A stretch of 64,000 nt of DNA from Chrysomallon squamiferum (Eukaryota > Animalia > Mollusca): NCBI GenBank assembly GCA_012295275.1, contig CM022665.1, positions 42,594,001 through 42,658,000 of the forward strand, given 5' to 3'. Under the pieces are notes generated by a model. It was not told the DNA's origin, made no database searches, and saw nothing but the letters and a program-made list of their open reading frames with translations. Position numbers and translations under genes: made by a program. Numbering within the stretch: the first letter of the stretch is position 1; each line of letters begins with the position of its first letter. This document shows positions 13,740 through 28,559 of this stretch, in pieces.

Positions 13740-14640
13740 GAAGGAGAGACCAGTCTTCTTATTCTTAACGTTTGACGTAACTGTCTTTAATTTGCACCTG
13801 ATCCCAGCTTTTAGAGAATCCATTCTGAATAATCAGGTGTATTTTCAACATCGGATTATCATGACATATGTCCATTCGTCATGCTAAAATCCAAAGTAAC
13901 AAGATCTGAAATCGTCTCAGTCAAAATCATTTCGCCTCCCAGCGTAACCATTTAATTCGAATGACAATAAACTGATTATTTTTCTCACGATCTGAGAGCT
14001 TGCGTAGAAAGAAAAGAAATAAATAATTTCTATTGTAATCGAGTTTAAATAAACCGCTGATTCCGAAGCCTGTCTACATTAGCGGTGGTGTTCGAAAGAC
14101 GAATATTATTATGTTTCCCAATCGGGTAATTTCCCATTGACAAAAGGCGTTAGTCAAATACCGGTGAAGCAACCTGCGATTGCTTCCAGCCGCCGAGTCT
14201 TCCTTCCAGAAACCATCTTCCTATTGTTTGTGAATCCAACACCGTTCCTAAATCAAAATCTAACAACAGTGGGACAATTATTAATTTGATAATGTAATGT
14301 AGAAGGTAGTATTTGTCGCGCGGAGCAGCCCAACTGGGGTGTGGTCGGGGCGGGGTTAGCGAGTAATCACGGACTTGGGTGAAGCAGACGACCGTGCGAG
14401 GGATCAGCCCGAAGCAGGTAGGCGCAGGTAACCAGGTAATTATTTACCTGGTTGAAACCTTCCATCTGTGCTCTTTGACTAAGTGATTAGAGGTCTTGAC
14501 TTGTGAGCCGCGCAAATTACACACACGCAGATCATTTTCATTCAAGTGTTACTGGGAACAAACTTAAAATGTTTCATTTTCGCTGACACTCTGTGTCAAA
14601 ATGGACGCCAAAGATTTTCGGGGTGCGTGCTTTAATTTGG
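13740..14640. promoter_or_regulatory. CpG-rich intronic block (candidate enhancer or internal promoter) in intron 2 of the homeobox gene
   Basis: High CpG for this window, GC box GGGGCGGGG (about 14347), many TAAT/ATTA sites, clustered CAGGTA (14415-14450), NK-type TAAGTG (about 14480) and TCAAGTG (about 14542). Confidence 0.45.
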
Positions 14641-14806
14641 ACAAAATTAGAAAGAAACGAGTTAAAATAATCAATCTTTTAAAAAAAAAAATTTTTTAAA
14701 TTATTATTTTTTTTTATTATTTTTTTAATGATAGTAATTTCTAATTTCATCGGAATTTAAATTTGTATAATAAAATCTGTTTGAAATTTGAAGGCTATAT
14801 TATAAT

Positions 14807-14837
<31 letters not shown>

Positions 14838-14882
14838 TATATTTATTTATTATTATTATTATTTTATTTTACTTTATTTTAT

Positions 14883-14923
<41 letters not shown>

Positions 14924-16147
14924 TTATTATTATTATTTTACTATATTTTATTTTATTTTAACTTTATTTTATTTATCAGTATTCATTTGGTTTATATTCT
15001 TTTGCATCTTACTTTATAAATTACATCTGCAAATAAATGAATAAATAAACTAAGATAATATAACATAGCATAACGTAACATAACATAATGTAATGTGATG
15101 AATAAATATAATAAGACTATAATATACTATAATATAATATTATAATATAATAGAAATAAGATAAAATAAGATAAAAAAAAAAATTGAAACAAAAAAAAAA
15201 AAAAAATTAAAATTAAAATACAATACAATACAATACAATATAATATGATATAATATAATAAAATATAATTAAATAAAATAAAATGGCAGAAAAAATTTAT
15301 TTAAAAAAAGGAAACATATCTGATAAAACAATAACAATAATAATAATAATACCCAAAGTTCCATTATTTATATTTAAATAAAATACTTTTATGAAAAATA
15401 TAAATTTGGTATTTAATTTAAGGTGAAAAAAATTTGAATCTTGATAATAATGATCTCAAAATAGAATATAAAGTATTTTTGCATCGTAACTAAACATTTG
15501 GTATTTTAATTTTAATTTTTGTTATAAGTTATTGATTAGGCCTATTATCATTAATACTGTTATATAACACAGAAATATTAAAAAAATAAAATAAATAAAT
15601 ATAAAAAAACAAAACAAACAACAACAACCATATAATCAAATAAAATGATGTATTTATAAAAGGAAAATTAAAAGAAAACAATTACTTTAATTTAAATTTG
15701 CAAAAACAATAAAACCTTTATTCCAATATATGTGTGCATATATATATATATATGTGTGTGTGTATGTGTATGTGTGTGTGTATATATACACACATACATA
15801 CATACACATTATTATTATTATTATTATTATTGTTATTATACTGTATTTAATTGGAAACATTTAGAAGAAAGATACGATCAATATTTTCTCTTTTTTACTA
15901 TCTTTTTTCTTTCTTTCTTTCATATATATTTATTTACATAACACGAAATAAACAGTATGTTACATTAAAAGTAGCATACGTATAGATCTAATATTCTAAA
16001 ATAATAAGCTCCTCTTAATCATTCATTCATTTGTTCTGTCAATCGTCTATCCATTCATTTCTCATCACTCTCCATTCTCGTTACAGCATCTGTTTCTGAT
16101 TTATTAACTGACGGGCCTAAAAAATTGTTCGCTTTTCTTTTTTCCAG

Positions 16148-16432
16148 GTAAAAATCTGGTTTCAGAATCGAAGGGCGCGAGAGAGGCGCGACCGAGAGTC
16201 CTCCCAAATGTCGCCTCTGAGACAGAAATCCTTTCAGCCCTTGCTCGTGCCGTCAGTCACGTGGCCTATCTTTCCGGCTAACGGGTCTCTCGCCCACTTC
16301 CACACGGCGATCCAGCAGACGCGAATGGGTTTCCTCCCCTCGGCCTTCAGCCTGTACCTCCCCCAGCAGGAGGCGATCTCGGGATCGCCGTGTGCCGAGA
16401 GTTCGAACGGATGCGTAGATTCCAATATGTAA
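16148..16432 (+). CDS. Msxlx: Msxlx-like homeobox gene, exon 3 (recognition helix and C-terminus)
   Basis: Polypyrimidine tract then CCAG|GTA. Reads VKIWFQNRRARERRDRESSQMSPLRQ...DSNM with TAA at 16430-16432. Joins exon 2 in phase 0. Confidence 0.88.
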   Translation, partial: VKIWFQNRRARERRDRESSQMSPLRQKSFQPLLVPSVTWPIFPANGSLAHFHTAIQQTRMGFLPSAFSLYLPQQEAISGSPCAESSNGCVDSNM

Positions 16433-17959
16433 AGTCGTAAATTTACGTTACCGCAAAAGACTGGAAAAAGGATTTAATTTTTTATTTCAAACATATTTTT
16501 CTTGTATTTCTGTTTGTGTTTATGCCCATCAAAATAACGATGATGACAATGATGATAATAATGATGATGATAATAAAAAAAGGCTTTATAAACAGTATCT
16601 GTGAGAAAATAATGTAAGTCTTGAATGTAATTATTAGTCTTGCATTATTGTTTATTTTATTTATTTTTATCACTGTTTATTATTGTTTATTGTTATCACC
16701 AGCATCATTTAATGAATTAAAATTAATTTTATTATTATTTATTTTATTTTATTTTATTATTTTTTTTATTAATTCTTTTATTTTGTTTTCGTTTTATTAA
16801 TTATCATTCATTTTATGTATTCCTACAACCATTTTTTATTTATTTATTTTTTTTAAATCTAAGAACATATTCAGAAGAGATATACTATTTGCTTAATCTA
16901 TTTTATTTTTATTTTTATTTTATTTTTTGTAGACCAGCGGGTAATATTAGAATTGCTTTCAACACAATTTAATATTTATTGATATTGCACTGGTATTGTC
17001 ATAAGCACATAATCATTATAGATACATAATCATTATAATCACGACAATCACATCATTGAGGTATTCATTACAATTATATTACTTTTAAAGCAAAAAATAA
17101 GTACTTAATCTTCTAATTATGTAAACAGAAAACGTTTGTTAAATTATCTTTTTTGTTCGCTGCAGTTGGTGCTCTTATTTTCAGTGAAGAAAACACTGAA
17201 TTAACAATACAACAGTAGTTATTCGCCCTTGCTTTGTGAACATTCTATTCTTTTTGTTTGAAACGGACGAGATTTTAATTGTAATGACGAGAAGAGAAAT
17301 AAGGTGTTTCTTTAACACTGAAAGGCAACAGTGAAATAAAAGGATTTCTCAATAAAGTTTCTGAAATGTTATTTTTATTTATTTATTTGTTCTATGTCAG
17401 TCTTAATGTAATGCGTAAATAAAGTACAGCATCTTCAGAAAAGCGCTAGCTATGTATGTGTGCGCAAATTAATTGGTTTCATTTTTATGACTCCCACCTA
17501 GTGCGTACTGATTGTCATCATATTAAGATACTGGAGGCAAACAGTTATTAATTCTAACATACAGTAATCATTATGAGAAAACTAACAATAATTTTCTGTA
17601 AGCACATTGCATTAGACGGGAACACTCTCACCTCTGCTGTGTAGACGTCACAAGAAATAGCTCATCAGGGCTTATACCAACTATGAAAAAATGTGATCTT
17701 ACAGCTATAAGACAGATGCTCCAGCCCATCACCATGTTTGTCACACCCATGACACTCCTATACTGTAGAATATAGACCCGCCGCTGGACAATTTTCTACG
17801 TAAATGATAATAATAATAAAAACAAATTATTACACAAATAACACGGCAGTAAGCAGAGACATTGATTTCTCGTGCCATTAATTCGCTGTATATAGTATCG
17901 TTTTAAAAATTCAATTTAAAGAAATGTATATACACATATATGACTCATTTAATATTTTC

Positions 17960-18420
17960 CTTTGTTTGAAATTAGGTAAGCGTTTGGCACACGACAATGA
18001 AAATGAAATTAGAAATTTCATCGTTTTTGTCTATTTGTCCGCACGCCGTGGGTTATTCATCACCTGCAATGCGACCGGCGCGAGTAAAACAATTCCGTGA
18101 TGGCTAATCAGTGAAAGAGGACAACGGCGGAGCTCTTTATTAGTTTACAAATGTAGTAATTCATTTCAGCCTTATTGTCAAACATCAATAAACTCCAGAA
18201 CTAATAACATCTTCTCGTTTCTGTGCCGTTTGTCATTCAATATTTATCGATTTTGTCAGAGACAGAGACGGTCTCATCTCTCGGCTATTGCACGTTCGAG
18301 GTATTAGGTGACGACGTTGCCGACTGCGACAACGGCTTGCGTCTCCAAGATTGGAATCGTCGCCAGACAGAGCAAAAGGTATCGGTTTGCGAATTCAAAC
18401 TCTTCGTATTGTAAAATACT
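17960..18420. promoter_or_regulatory. CpG-retaining non-coding block 3' of the homeobox gene (candidate enhancer)
   Basis: Complex CpG-rich sequence with TAATCA, TTTATT, CACCTG, GTAAAACA and TGTCAAACA motifs; no credible ORF. Confidence 0.3.
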
Positions 18421-18506
18421 GATTAATCACGTACTGAAAACTGGTTGCGAAAAGAAGTCACTGTAATTGTCATAGTAAAGACTGAATCTCAGGTTGAGAA
18501 GAAATC

Positions 18507-18752
18507 CAGGGGCGGATCCGTGTGTTCAAAAGGGGACGTGAATGTAAATATGTGTCCATGTAAAATCCATCCCGACCGATAGAAGTTAGCGTGAATTTTT
18601 TATTTTACTATCCAACGAATGGAAGCAAAAATGTTTATACATATACATACACATATACACACGCACACCCATACAAACATATACCATCTACCTCTCTACA
18701 AATATACATATACCCATATTATAATAACACACACATAAACACACACACATAT

Positions 18753-18783
<31 letters not shown>

Positions 18784-19038
18784 CACACAGCCAGTAACAC
18801 CTTTATACCATCATACATACACTTAGGCAGACACTCATACACTTACACATCACATATATACATACACACTTAAAATACATCACATACACTTATATATATG
18901 ATACACATATTTATACATATATACTCATAAACACACATACACACAGACACAAACATACATAACAAAACTTTCTGTAGGAGCGGGAGAGTCCACACCCTGA
19001 CAGACCCTGACACACCCCTCTCGCCGGATCCGCCCCTG
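18507..19038. mobile_element. MITE / non-autonomous DNA transposon with 14-bp TIRs (hAT-like CAGGG ends)
   Basis: Perfect inverted termini CAGGGGCGGATCCG (18507-18520) and CGGATCCGCCCCTG (19025-19038) enclose CA/TA low-complexity sequence. No clear target-site duplication. Confidence 0.8.
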
Positions 19039-19411
19039 AACAGACTCATCTTACAGCAGAGTTTGATTACAAAACGCCAGGCTAATTTGTCTTGCCGACC
19101 AGCCTCGTGTTTTGGAAGAGATTAATAAAATGAAATAATTAGTGTTTATTAATATCAGTATATTGGAAATGGATACCAGAGTATCGGATAAACCATCATA
19201 ATGAACAAGTGAATTGAAATATACAGCCTTAGAGAAAATTAACTCCTTTGATAGGATCCAAGACGGTGAAGACTATATACCGTTAACATTCTGATATGAT
19301 GGATGACTTTTCTGGGGTTTTTTATTATTTTTTTTTTATTTTCCCAGAACATAATTTCTGTTTTATTGCTATTATCTTGCCAAGCTTTTGTTTGGCATTT
19401 CTTTTGTATCT

Positions 19412-19446
<35 letters not shown>

Positions 19447-20567
19447 TAGAGATAAAAAACCAACAGTATTCTGAAAAAGACAGATTGAAAAATATATCGA
19501 TATAAGCTATTAAACAAGTTAAGGGGGAAAAAAAGAGGAAGAAGAAAATAAATAAATAAATAAAATGGAGAAAAAAAGATTTTAAAAGATTTAAGAGATA
19601 AATGAGTTTAGAAGAGATAATTGAGAATAGAGAAAAAAAAATGTAAAAAGTGAAAAATGGATAATGAAGAAGAATGTACCAAATTTTTATTTAATTATAT
19701 GAGGTAAAATTTTCACTTCTTGAAAAGGAGAAAACGGATATGAAGCAGAATATATAAAAACTGTATATAACTGTATGAAATGAACATTTTTAATTATTGA
19801 AAAGTACTAAAAATAGAGAGGCAGAAGAATATACAGCAATATAATAACAATATAATATGCATGTATGTATATATATGTATATATATATATCTGACGGACC
19901 AAAACATTTTTGCTCTGAGAATACATCCTTCAAATTTGATAAAATAAAACGTAAAATAAAGAGGTAAATAAACAATTAAATAAATAAATATATAAATAAA
20001 CAAACAAACAAACAAACAAACAAATAAATAAATAAATAAATAAATATATATAATTCCACTAGATAATTAAAAGTTCCACAGTTTATTTTATGAACTGTCC
20101 TATACGGTTATTAAATGTTAAATACCATTTGGTATGACACACAAATAAACAGCTCAAATGTAATTACATCTTTCCCCGGATTCTTTGAGGGACAAAACAC
20201 TGTGGACTGTCTGACTTAAACGATGATTTCTTAAACTGGTTTCAGCACAAGCAGGCACTGGTTTCGTGCCCAGTTTCAGAAAAATCGTTCATTCATATTC
20301 TGAGGTACAGGAGATACATGATTTAAAAAACAAACAAACAAACAAACAAACAAATAAATAAATAAATAAATAAATAAATAAACGAACCAAAGAACGAACG
20401 AACGAACGAACAAACAATCAAACAATCAAACAAACAAACAAACAAACAAACAAACAAATAAATAAATAAATAAATAAACAAATAAATCCAAAACACTGAT
20501 TTTCATCACCTTTTTTCTGAGAATACATCCTTTGAAGTTTGATAAAATCAAACGTAAAATAAAGGTA

Positions 20568-20638
<71 letters not shown>

Positions 20639-23600
20639 TAATAATAAAATTAAATCACCTATGAATTTTTAAATCTTTTAGGTCTTCAGATAACTCTGTT
20701 TTTTACGTCTAATCTGCATGGGTACGATGAAGCAAAAAGTTTGATAAACCCTTCACTAGACAGATGTTTGCTTGCGTCCGAGTTAAGCGTTCTAAAGCTG
20801 AGTAGAAAAAGTTAATCAAATCTTTAGGAGGAACAATCATTGTTATTAAATTCCTAAAGCATCCAACAACTTTAACTGTTTTCAATCTCAGTTTCGTATT
20901 CATATAACGGTTTTACTGCAAGATTTACAAAAATAGTTTTGAACTTCAGATGCCATTAAAAACCCACTGAAGACAAAGAATACTGATCATATTTCCGTAT
21001 TTATACAAATCCAAGATTCGAGATATTCTCAGAATCTGGATTCCTGTCTCCTAGACCCAAATATGTGAACTGCAACATTTTCTATAATTTTATTTATCTA
21101 TTTATTTATTTATTTAGTATTATTATTTTTATTATTATTAGTTGTTGTTGTTGTTGTTGTTGTTATTATTATTATTATTAATATTTTGTTGAAAATTCAT
21201 CATAATGTAATGAAATGTGTTTTATTTTTAATTTCAAATTAACAGCAACGCAAATATCCATCTGTCCTTGGAAGTTAAAGGTGAAAACCAATGAGGTAAA
21301 ATAAATCACGCTACAAATGTAGTTTCACTGGTCTGCCAGGACTAATCAGCTCCGACTTCCTGGAAAGGAAAACTGAACACTGATTGGTCCAATATTTATA
21401 TTTCACGTTTTTGATTGGTCCATTCGCAAATGTCATAAATAATCCTGTATTGAAACATCCATTTGTCAGTAACCTTCTCATATCTGGTCCGATTTAAAAA
21501 TTTCTGAGTTCTGTGCAAGTAAGAAAACGTGTTCAACACTGCTACGTTAATGAACTGATATTTAACGGCATTTGTCAGATTACGTTTTCTTCTTTTGCAA
21601 AGAACAAATAAAATAAAAATGGAAAATAACAGAATGAAATGACAGAAAAAAAAAAAATAATAATAAAAATAAAAATAATAAGAAAAAACATTGTTCATGT
21701 TTTAACGTTTAGATTACTGAATTATTATTATTTTTTTTTTCAGTAAATTACGAATTTATAATAATTTATTTATTTATTTATTTATTTACTTTAGCCTGCG
21801 GCAAACTACATGTAGCGCTTTCCAGACTGGCGCACAGTAATTTTGACTTTTGTTACAATCACATACAGTGAGATATTCTTTTATTAATTTATTTCGACTA
21901 TGTTCAAAGGTTACACATTTCTACACAATAAACAAATGAATGTTTAGTTTTTATTCGAAATAACAATAAATTTGAAGTTTGCTCGTTTTGTGCAAACTTT
22001 CACTAAATACGAAATCACCATACTTTTATTTGTTAATTTGGTGTTATGATGGCTGTTTGGTGTTTTTCACACTCATACGAAGCTGAATCGCGTTGGACAC
22101 GGTTTTTGGCGCCGAGCGAGGAATAATTTATATTTGAACATTTTTAACAAACTGGAGGCACCCGAGACATCAGATTCTGCAACTTCCGAAAAGGGAGTTT
22201 ACTCTAATTGAACCAGCTCGATCGACCATAAGAAGCATTAGACAAAGGTCGATAAAATAGAACAAAATAAACAAAAACCTCGTGTACTCAGCAGCAATTT
22301 TTGAGTCCGGACATTAAACAGTTTAGAAAACTGCTGTGAATCTAATCACGACTATATTAAATGCTGTAAACATAACCATTGACAAGTTTACGATGAATAA
22401 TAAATGTGTATACATTACAAATAATGACTCGGATAGCAGAAACAGCCCGTGATTTTATAAATGGTTATTGTATCAATTAACAGATAGATTATATACATAA
22501 AAACAACGACGACAACTATGAGGTTATCAAAATTCGCGATCTTTGGTCCGTAACAGATGGTTTTAGTAATTGAGAGTAAGTATATCATATTTCAGAGTGA
22601 ATTAATTTGTGTTCGTTCACCTTCTATTAACCTATATATATATATATATATATAAAATCAGGTACAGTGATTTTATTAGATTTCAGTTATACATTTTTCA
22701 AATGCTTATGATGATAATACAGTATCACCAATCACTGTGTTATTCTTGACTAAATGCTGCAATGATTTATGTTTAAATCCCACTAACAAAGAAAGAAAAA
22801 AATCATATAAATAAATAAAATGTTTTAGACAGACGTTTGATACTAATAATAAATAAATAAATAACAATAATGGGATGAACTATTATTATTATTATTATTA
22901 TAAATTAAGCTTTCCGCTCATCCCGCCTAAGTTAAAAATCACCTTCACAGTTTCAGTAAATTAGTTAATGGAATCATTTAATATATTATTAAAAAATTCC
23001 ATTTACTAATTTACTGGAATTGTTAGGGTGGCAAAAACAGTTTGTTGTTTTAGCTGGGAAAACTAAATCTACAGTTACATTAGTGAGACAAGAACAATAT
23101 TTGGATTATGTGTATGTACATCAGACAGACACGGCTTATCAAATAACAAGATAAAACACCAGCTTTGCTTCAGCAAGCAGACGTAACAAATCAAACACGT
23201 TGATAACTGAGAAATCACAATTAACCAATCAAACACTTGAACACCAAGTTAACTATTCAAAGCACTGAACGACTATTAACAACAACAACGACAATAATAA
23301 TAACAATTAACAATAATAATACTGTAACAAAAATAATAATACAGTATCAACAACAACAACAACAGAAACAACAATAATAGACAGACAGACAGACACAATA
23401 TTAATATTTTAATCAGAGCGAGGGGTTGTGAAGGACGTCTACGACAGGCACGCTTTCTGACAGGCCAGAGGGTTATGTCTGTCGCAGAACAACAATAATA
23501 ATAACATATGCATAATTTATATAGTTTCCCCTGGACCCTGGGAAAATAGCAGTGGGAAAATATATACATGGCAAGATGTATGCATCTTTATCTAGTGAGT

Positions 23601-24619
23601 GGTTCACCTAGAGAGGGTCTGTACAGAATTGCAATAGTTAAAGCAGGAAAGGTGTATTATCCATAGGTTACAGAAGTTAAAGTAAGTTCAGATGTTTAGA
23701 AGTGAAAAAGAAAAGATGTAAGAAGGATGATGCTTGCATAATGCCATTTTGGTAATGTCATGGTAGAAGATTATGAAAATTAACCAATCACTTTTTTTTC
23801 CTCATATATATTTTAATTACCTAATCGGTACAAAACGACGAAGAATACGAAGACGAAATCTTACAACAAAATCAAATTATAAGTAAAAAATACATTTATA
23901 TGTACAAACATTTACAATTTTTAAAAAATGTTTTTTTTTTTTTTTTTTTGAAGATCCAAAGAAAAATAAGTATTTATCAACACGTGTTATAGTGGCCATA
24001 GTATGAAGTATAACTGATATGAATAACGTTTACCGTACTCATTCTCATAATAACCAAATACATAAATTTATAAACAATAATTAAAATATAGAGGAATGGT
24101 GTAAAGCATCAAACTAGTAATCATTTCACGAAGACAAAGATTCTTTATAGTCTAAAATAAAACAAATAAAATAATAAATGCATAGCAGATATTTATTTTC
24201 TAAATAAATAAATAAATAAAATAAAATAAAATAAGCAGTCTTTTTTTTATGACATACTAAGGTTTATATTTAAGATTAACCTTACTTAAGATCTCTAAAG
24301 TAATTAACTTCTATAAATATTATAAGTTTAATTTTTTTTTTCACATTTGTTTTAGAAAATGTATGAAAAAGGAAAATGGCTTGTCTCCATTGAAATTTGT
24401 TTTAAGATTTGTTTGCTATTAGTGAACTGCATAAGCCGAGTAAAATAATGCTTAAACTGAACAAATGTTTGATTTTTTTGCTTGTCAGAGCAGTTTAAAA
24501 AAAAAAAAAAAAAAAAAATCCTTTCTAAGCTGAGTTAAGCGATATTCATTAAATAAAATAAAAACATAAAATAATGATTATTATTATTTAACGAATGTAC
24601 ATTAAATGGATGTAGCCAC

Positions 24620-24807
24620 AATACAATAAACCAATCACAGATCTGAGCCGTTAGCGCCTACCTCAGTTATCCTATTAGAGTCCTGAACGAATTGTACACG
24701 TGTTTTAACTGTCTGTCAGTATTTAACACACAAGTTACAAACGAACGTGAAATCAAAGTCAAATATACAGCGGCTCCAGTGAGTAGCGTTCAGTTAGACA
24801 GAGCCAG
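24620..24807 (+). promoter_or_regulatory. Candidate promoter and non-coding first exon of the GPCR gene
   Basis: AACCAATCA at about 24629 and a consensus donor CAG|GTAAGT at 24807/24808. The next strong acceptor (T-tract CAG at 25605) lies 10 nt upstream of the GPCR ATG. Confidence 0.45.
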
Positions 24808-25429
24808 GTAAGTTTCTTTTTCTTTCTGTTCCCAGGTTTATTCAGGGTCATCAGTACAGCACAGTGATTAGTTCAAGTCTAATACACTGACTAAGATGCT
24901 ACTGCGTTTGCGATAATTGACGCTGAAATTATTAAAGTTTATAAACAATTTTTTTAAAATAATTACAGTGTAGTTCATAAGTGCAGGTAAATGACACAGA
25001 CATTGAAATTACACTGATATGTGTAGTAAATATCATCTGTAACTTTATCATTCAAACTTATTTCCAATTCTTTTAGGATTTTTGATCTTACCATCATCTA
25101 TAAGGATATAATTCAAAATCATTTCGTATTGCTTTGGGATCTTTGATCTTACCAGCATAGATCATTTTATCGTTCAAACAGACTTATATTGCTTAAGGAT
25201 CTGACAGTGATAATTTAATTAATAAATTATATATTTCGAACAAATGATCTTTTGTAGATACTTTCTCACGAGTATGCAATCGCAGTCGATCACCTTCTTG
25301 TTGGATCGGGAAATAGAAGTTAAAAAACCCCCAACATGAATAAAATAAATACTTTATTAATTTTTAAAACTTTCCTGTGTATGTTGAAACAAAACGATGA
25401 TCTTCGTGTAACAGTTTCATAGTTTATAA

Positions 25430-25433
<4 letters not shown>

Positions 25434-25496
<63 letters not shown>
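25434..25496. repeat. (CT)n microsatellite upstream of GPCR coding exon 1
   Basis: Uninterrupted TC repeats. Confidence 0.95.
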
Positions 25497-25500
<4 letters not shown>

Positions 25501-25615
25501 GTAGCTCTGTATATTGTGTGCATAACGTTTATTTAAAGATACTTCATTTTTTTTTATTATTATTTTTTTAACCTGTTATTGATATTTTAATTTTTTTTTT
25601 TTCAGAATTAGCATC

Positions 25616-26572
25616 ATGTCTGTGTGGGTATACATCCTAATTTTTCAATTATCATGGCGGATTTACTCCACCCAGGAGAATCGCAGTGCAGTTGCGTCCC
25701 TTATCATCTCTCTTCAACAGAAATACTGTGTAGACAGAAGCTGCAAGACGTCAAACAGTACTCAGGAAATGTATCCTCCTTTCTCCTGTCCTCCTTGTTA
25801 CGAATGCTCTTGTGAAAAAGACTGCGTGATTTTCGGAGACTGCTGCCCGGATCTTCACATTGGACCGAGCCACTATTCATTTCAGTGTCTTGATATCCCG
25901 TTCATGACCGGAAGGAAGGAGAGATATTTTATTCTGAAAACCTGCAGTCAGACTGATACAAACTACAGTGAAGTGCTTGCCGAGAAATGCCACAACTTTC
26001 GACTTGATCCCACAGGCGACTATCTTACAACGGCAACCGTGACGTCTGCAGCAGGGGTAACGGCTAACATCACCTTCGGGAACAGATTTTGTGCGGAATG
26101 TCACGGCGTCGGCGACTCTGTTCCCTGGAACATCATGGTGGACTGCGCGGTAACACCTCAGTCGAGCGACGTCATTAACGTTGAGGAATTTTTAAAATGG
26201 GCGACAGAAGCTTGTTCTGTTGGTTTTGTACCACCTCCTCAGTTTAGACGCGGCATCAGACGATGTAAAGTGCTGGAATCGGAACTGATCTCTTCATGTA
26301 ACGGAACTGCGAGTCCCGGCGTTTACAATGAAACCATAGCACAAGCTTGTTCTGCGTACTACAACCCGCTCATTCAGGGCAAATACAGAAATATGTTCTG
26401 TTACCTCTGCAGTGGACAGGCTGAGAGAGATCTGCAGTTTCTTGTCGAGTGCGACGAGGCTGTGAGGTGGAGTGTACAACCTTTCTCGGCGATTTTAAAC
26501 TTCGAAGCTGTGCAGAAGTCCAAAGCACAGACTAATAAATGTATGGACGATGATTTCGAAGATAGCATTTCA
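25616..26572 (+). CDS. Methuselah-like / class B (7tmB3-like) GPCR, coding exon 1: signal peptide, somatomedin-B-like and Cys-rich ectodomain
   Basis: Hydrophobic N-terminus, SMB-like CSCEKDCVIFGDCCPD, and repeated Cys motifs (FGNRFCAECHG, YRNMFCYLC). Phase-0 donor TCA|GTAAGT at 26572. Confidence 0.85.
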
Positions 26573-26819
26573 GTAAGTTGATGTATTTGACACACACACA
26601 CACACACACACACATGCATGTATTTATACATATATTATACATTTATATATTATTATGGATACATATTTGTATATTTTAACAACAACAAAGAAATAATTTA
26701 ATAATAATAAAAAAAATTAATAAGAAAAAAAACAGCTATTTGGTATAAAACTTACGATTAAGATACACGACTAAATAATTATACTTCTGTCGATTAGCAA
26801 TAAAATACTTTTAATGTCA

Positions 26820-26920
26820 GCCTTCCCACAGAAAGGAAAGATAATACTACGGTCTATGATAATCTGAGCAGGGAAATGTTGCGATGGGAATTAGCCTAAA
26901 GGAGACCTCTGAGAAGATTA
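26820..26920. mobile_element. Degenerate SINE-like fragment in the GPCR intron
   Basis: CCCACAGAAAGGAAAGATAATACTACGGTCTATGATA...GGGAATTAGCCTAAAGG resembles, from memory only, the core of an abundant gastropod SINE. Not verifiable here. Confidence 0.25.
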
Positions 26921-26941
26921 TCTTCTATTTATCTGTGGCAG

Positions 26942-26976
<35 letters not shown>

Positions 26977-28559
26977 TCCGGAATCACTTGGGACCAACCA
27001 TATATACCGTTTTATAAAAATTAAAATGACATGAAAAAGAATGAATGAGATTTTTGAATTTGCCGGTCGTTACTCTCTGGTGAAATGTTGGTTTCGTATG
27101 GCTGCTGATCGCTACGTTTTAAAATGTCAAATGCATAGCCAGGGCTCATTGGGTGTGGGGGGTGTCGACTTGGGCGAAATACTCGCTTTACTTTTAACCC
27201 ACGCCAAAGTCTAAGTCGCCTTATTTTTTCTTTAAAATGTATTTATTTATTATTATTATTATTATATTCTACTTGAATGTTGAAAGTACCTACATTTTGC
27301 CTCCATTTTTGTCCAACGATGACGTGAAAAGATTTTGTGATTGGCCAGCGCTATGTGACCAACTGAATGAAGAGCTGCAAAATACATTGTTTTACAGCTG
27401 TGATTAGAGGCTGACAATAAATACAGTTCTTTTAAACTTTTACACAAATTAAATTAACTGAAATGGACATGATAACTGACTGCACGGAATTACTTGTACA
27501 GTAAAGATTACAATTAACAAACCAACGTAAGTGAAGGTCCAGGACAGGAGAAAGCAGGCTGCAAATAATCATACAGAAACATAACAATAAAACTTTTGTT
27601 AAATAATTTGACCACCTATGGCATGAGTCTGTATGCAATATTTTGTTTAAGGCATTTTTAAAAAAAATTATTTATTATAAACATGTTTACATGTAAGATA
27701 TTTAATTTTATGTTTGTGACAATGGCTTGGTTATTGTCTCATTTCGTGCTAACGTGTCTAAACGAAGAAATTACTTCTCCCTAGTTTTCTAACCTAGAAT
27801 GAACCCCGCATAATTAAATCTTTCTGTTTATACAGTGGATTTGATAAAAACTCTTCTATTAATTTGGCTTTAGAAAGTTCGATACATTGCCGTTTTTTTA
27901 GGTTGCTCTGCCATTAAAACTACTTCAGTAAGACAATGCAACATCTGCGCCATGCGTATATATATGTTAGGCTTGTGCTTTTGACACTAAATCAAAATGA
28001 GTGAATTCACTTAGATATCAGCACATACTAATAATCATTATGCTGCATGTAGTAATTTCAAGAAGCATGATATCATTATTTATTAAGCCTTCAAAGAAGT
28101 GCGATCATTTCTCCGTCGTCTAATTACGTGCAAATTGAAATGTTCGTACTTGCAAAATTGTGTGGCTATGTTGACAAAACTAATTATACAACGTTTGTTT
28201 TGTTTAGGAATTTACACCCGAAATCCGAAGAAGACAATAAAAGTGTTTTTATTATCATACATTCTAGGATTACAGTATAGAGAAGAATGCATTACAGAAA
28301 TATAATAACAAAAATGACAATGTTCATAATAGATTAATGATAGCTGACCGACACTTTGAAATGATGCCGGTTTATGTGTGTACATAATCTAATGTTTAAT
28401 ATTTATGATAATTAAGATCATAATTACCATTATTATTTTTATTTTTATTACATCAGATAGATTACAAATCACAGCCCTGTTAAAATATCTCTGTATAACT
28501 AACGTTATCTAACATGCACATAATCTTATCTATAACAATAAATATTTCCTTTATTGCAG

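Noticed and set aside
19916-20570. Direct repeat of about 55 bp (TGAGAATACATCCTT...AAACGTAAAATAAA) flanking 600 bp, considered as LTRs or a TSD
   Set aside because: Too short for an LTR, too long for a TSD, and there is no internal coding sequence; likely a local duplication.
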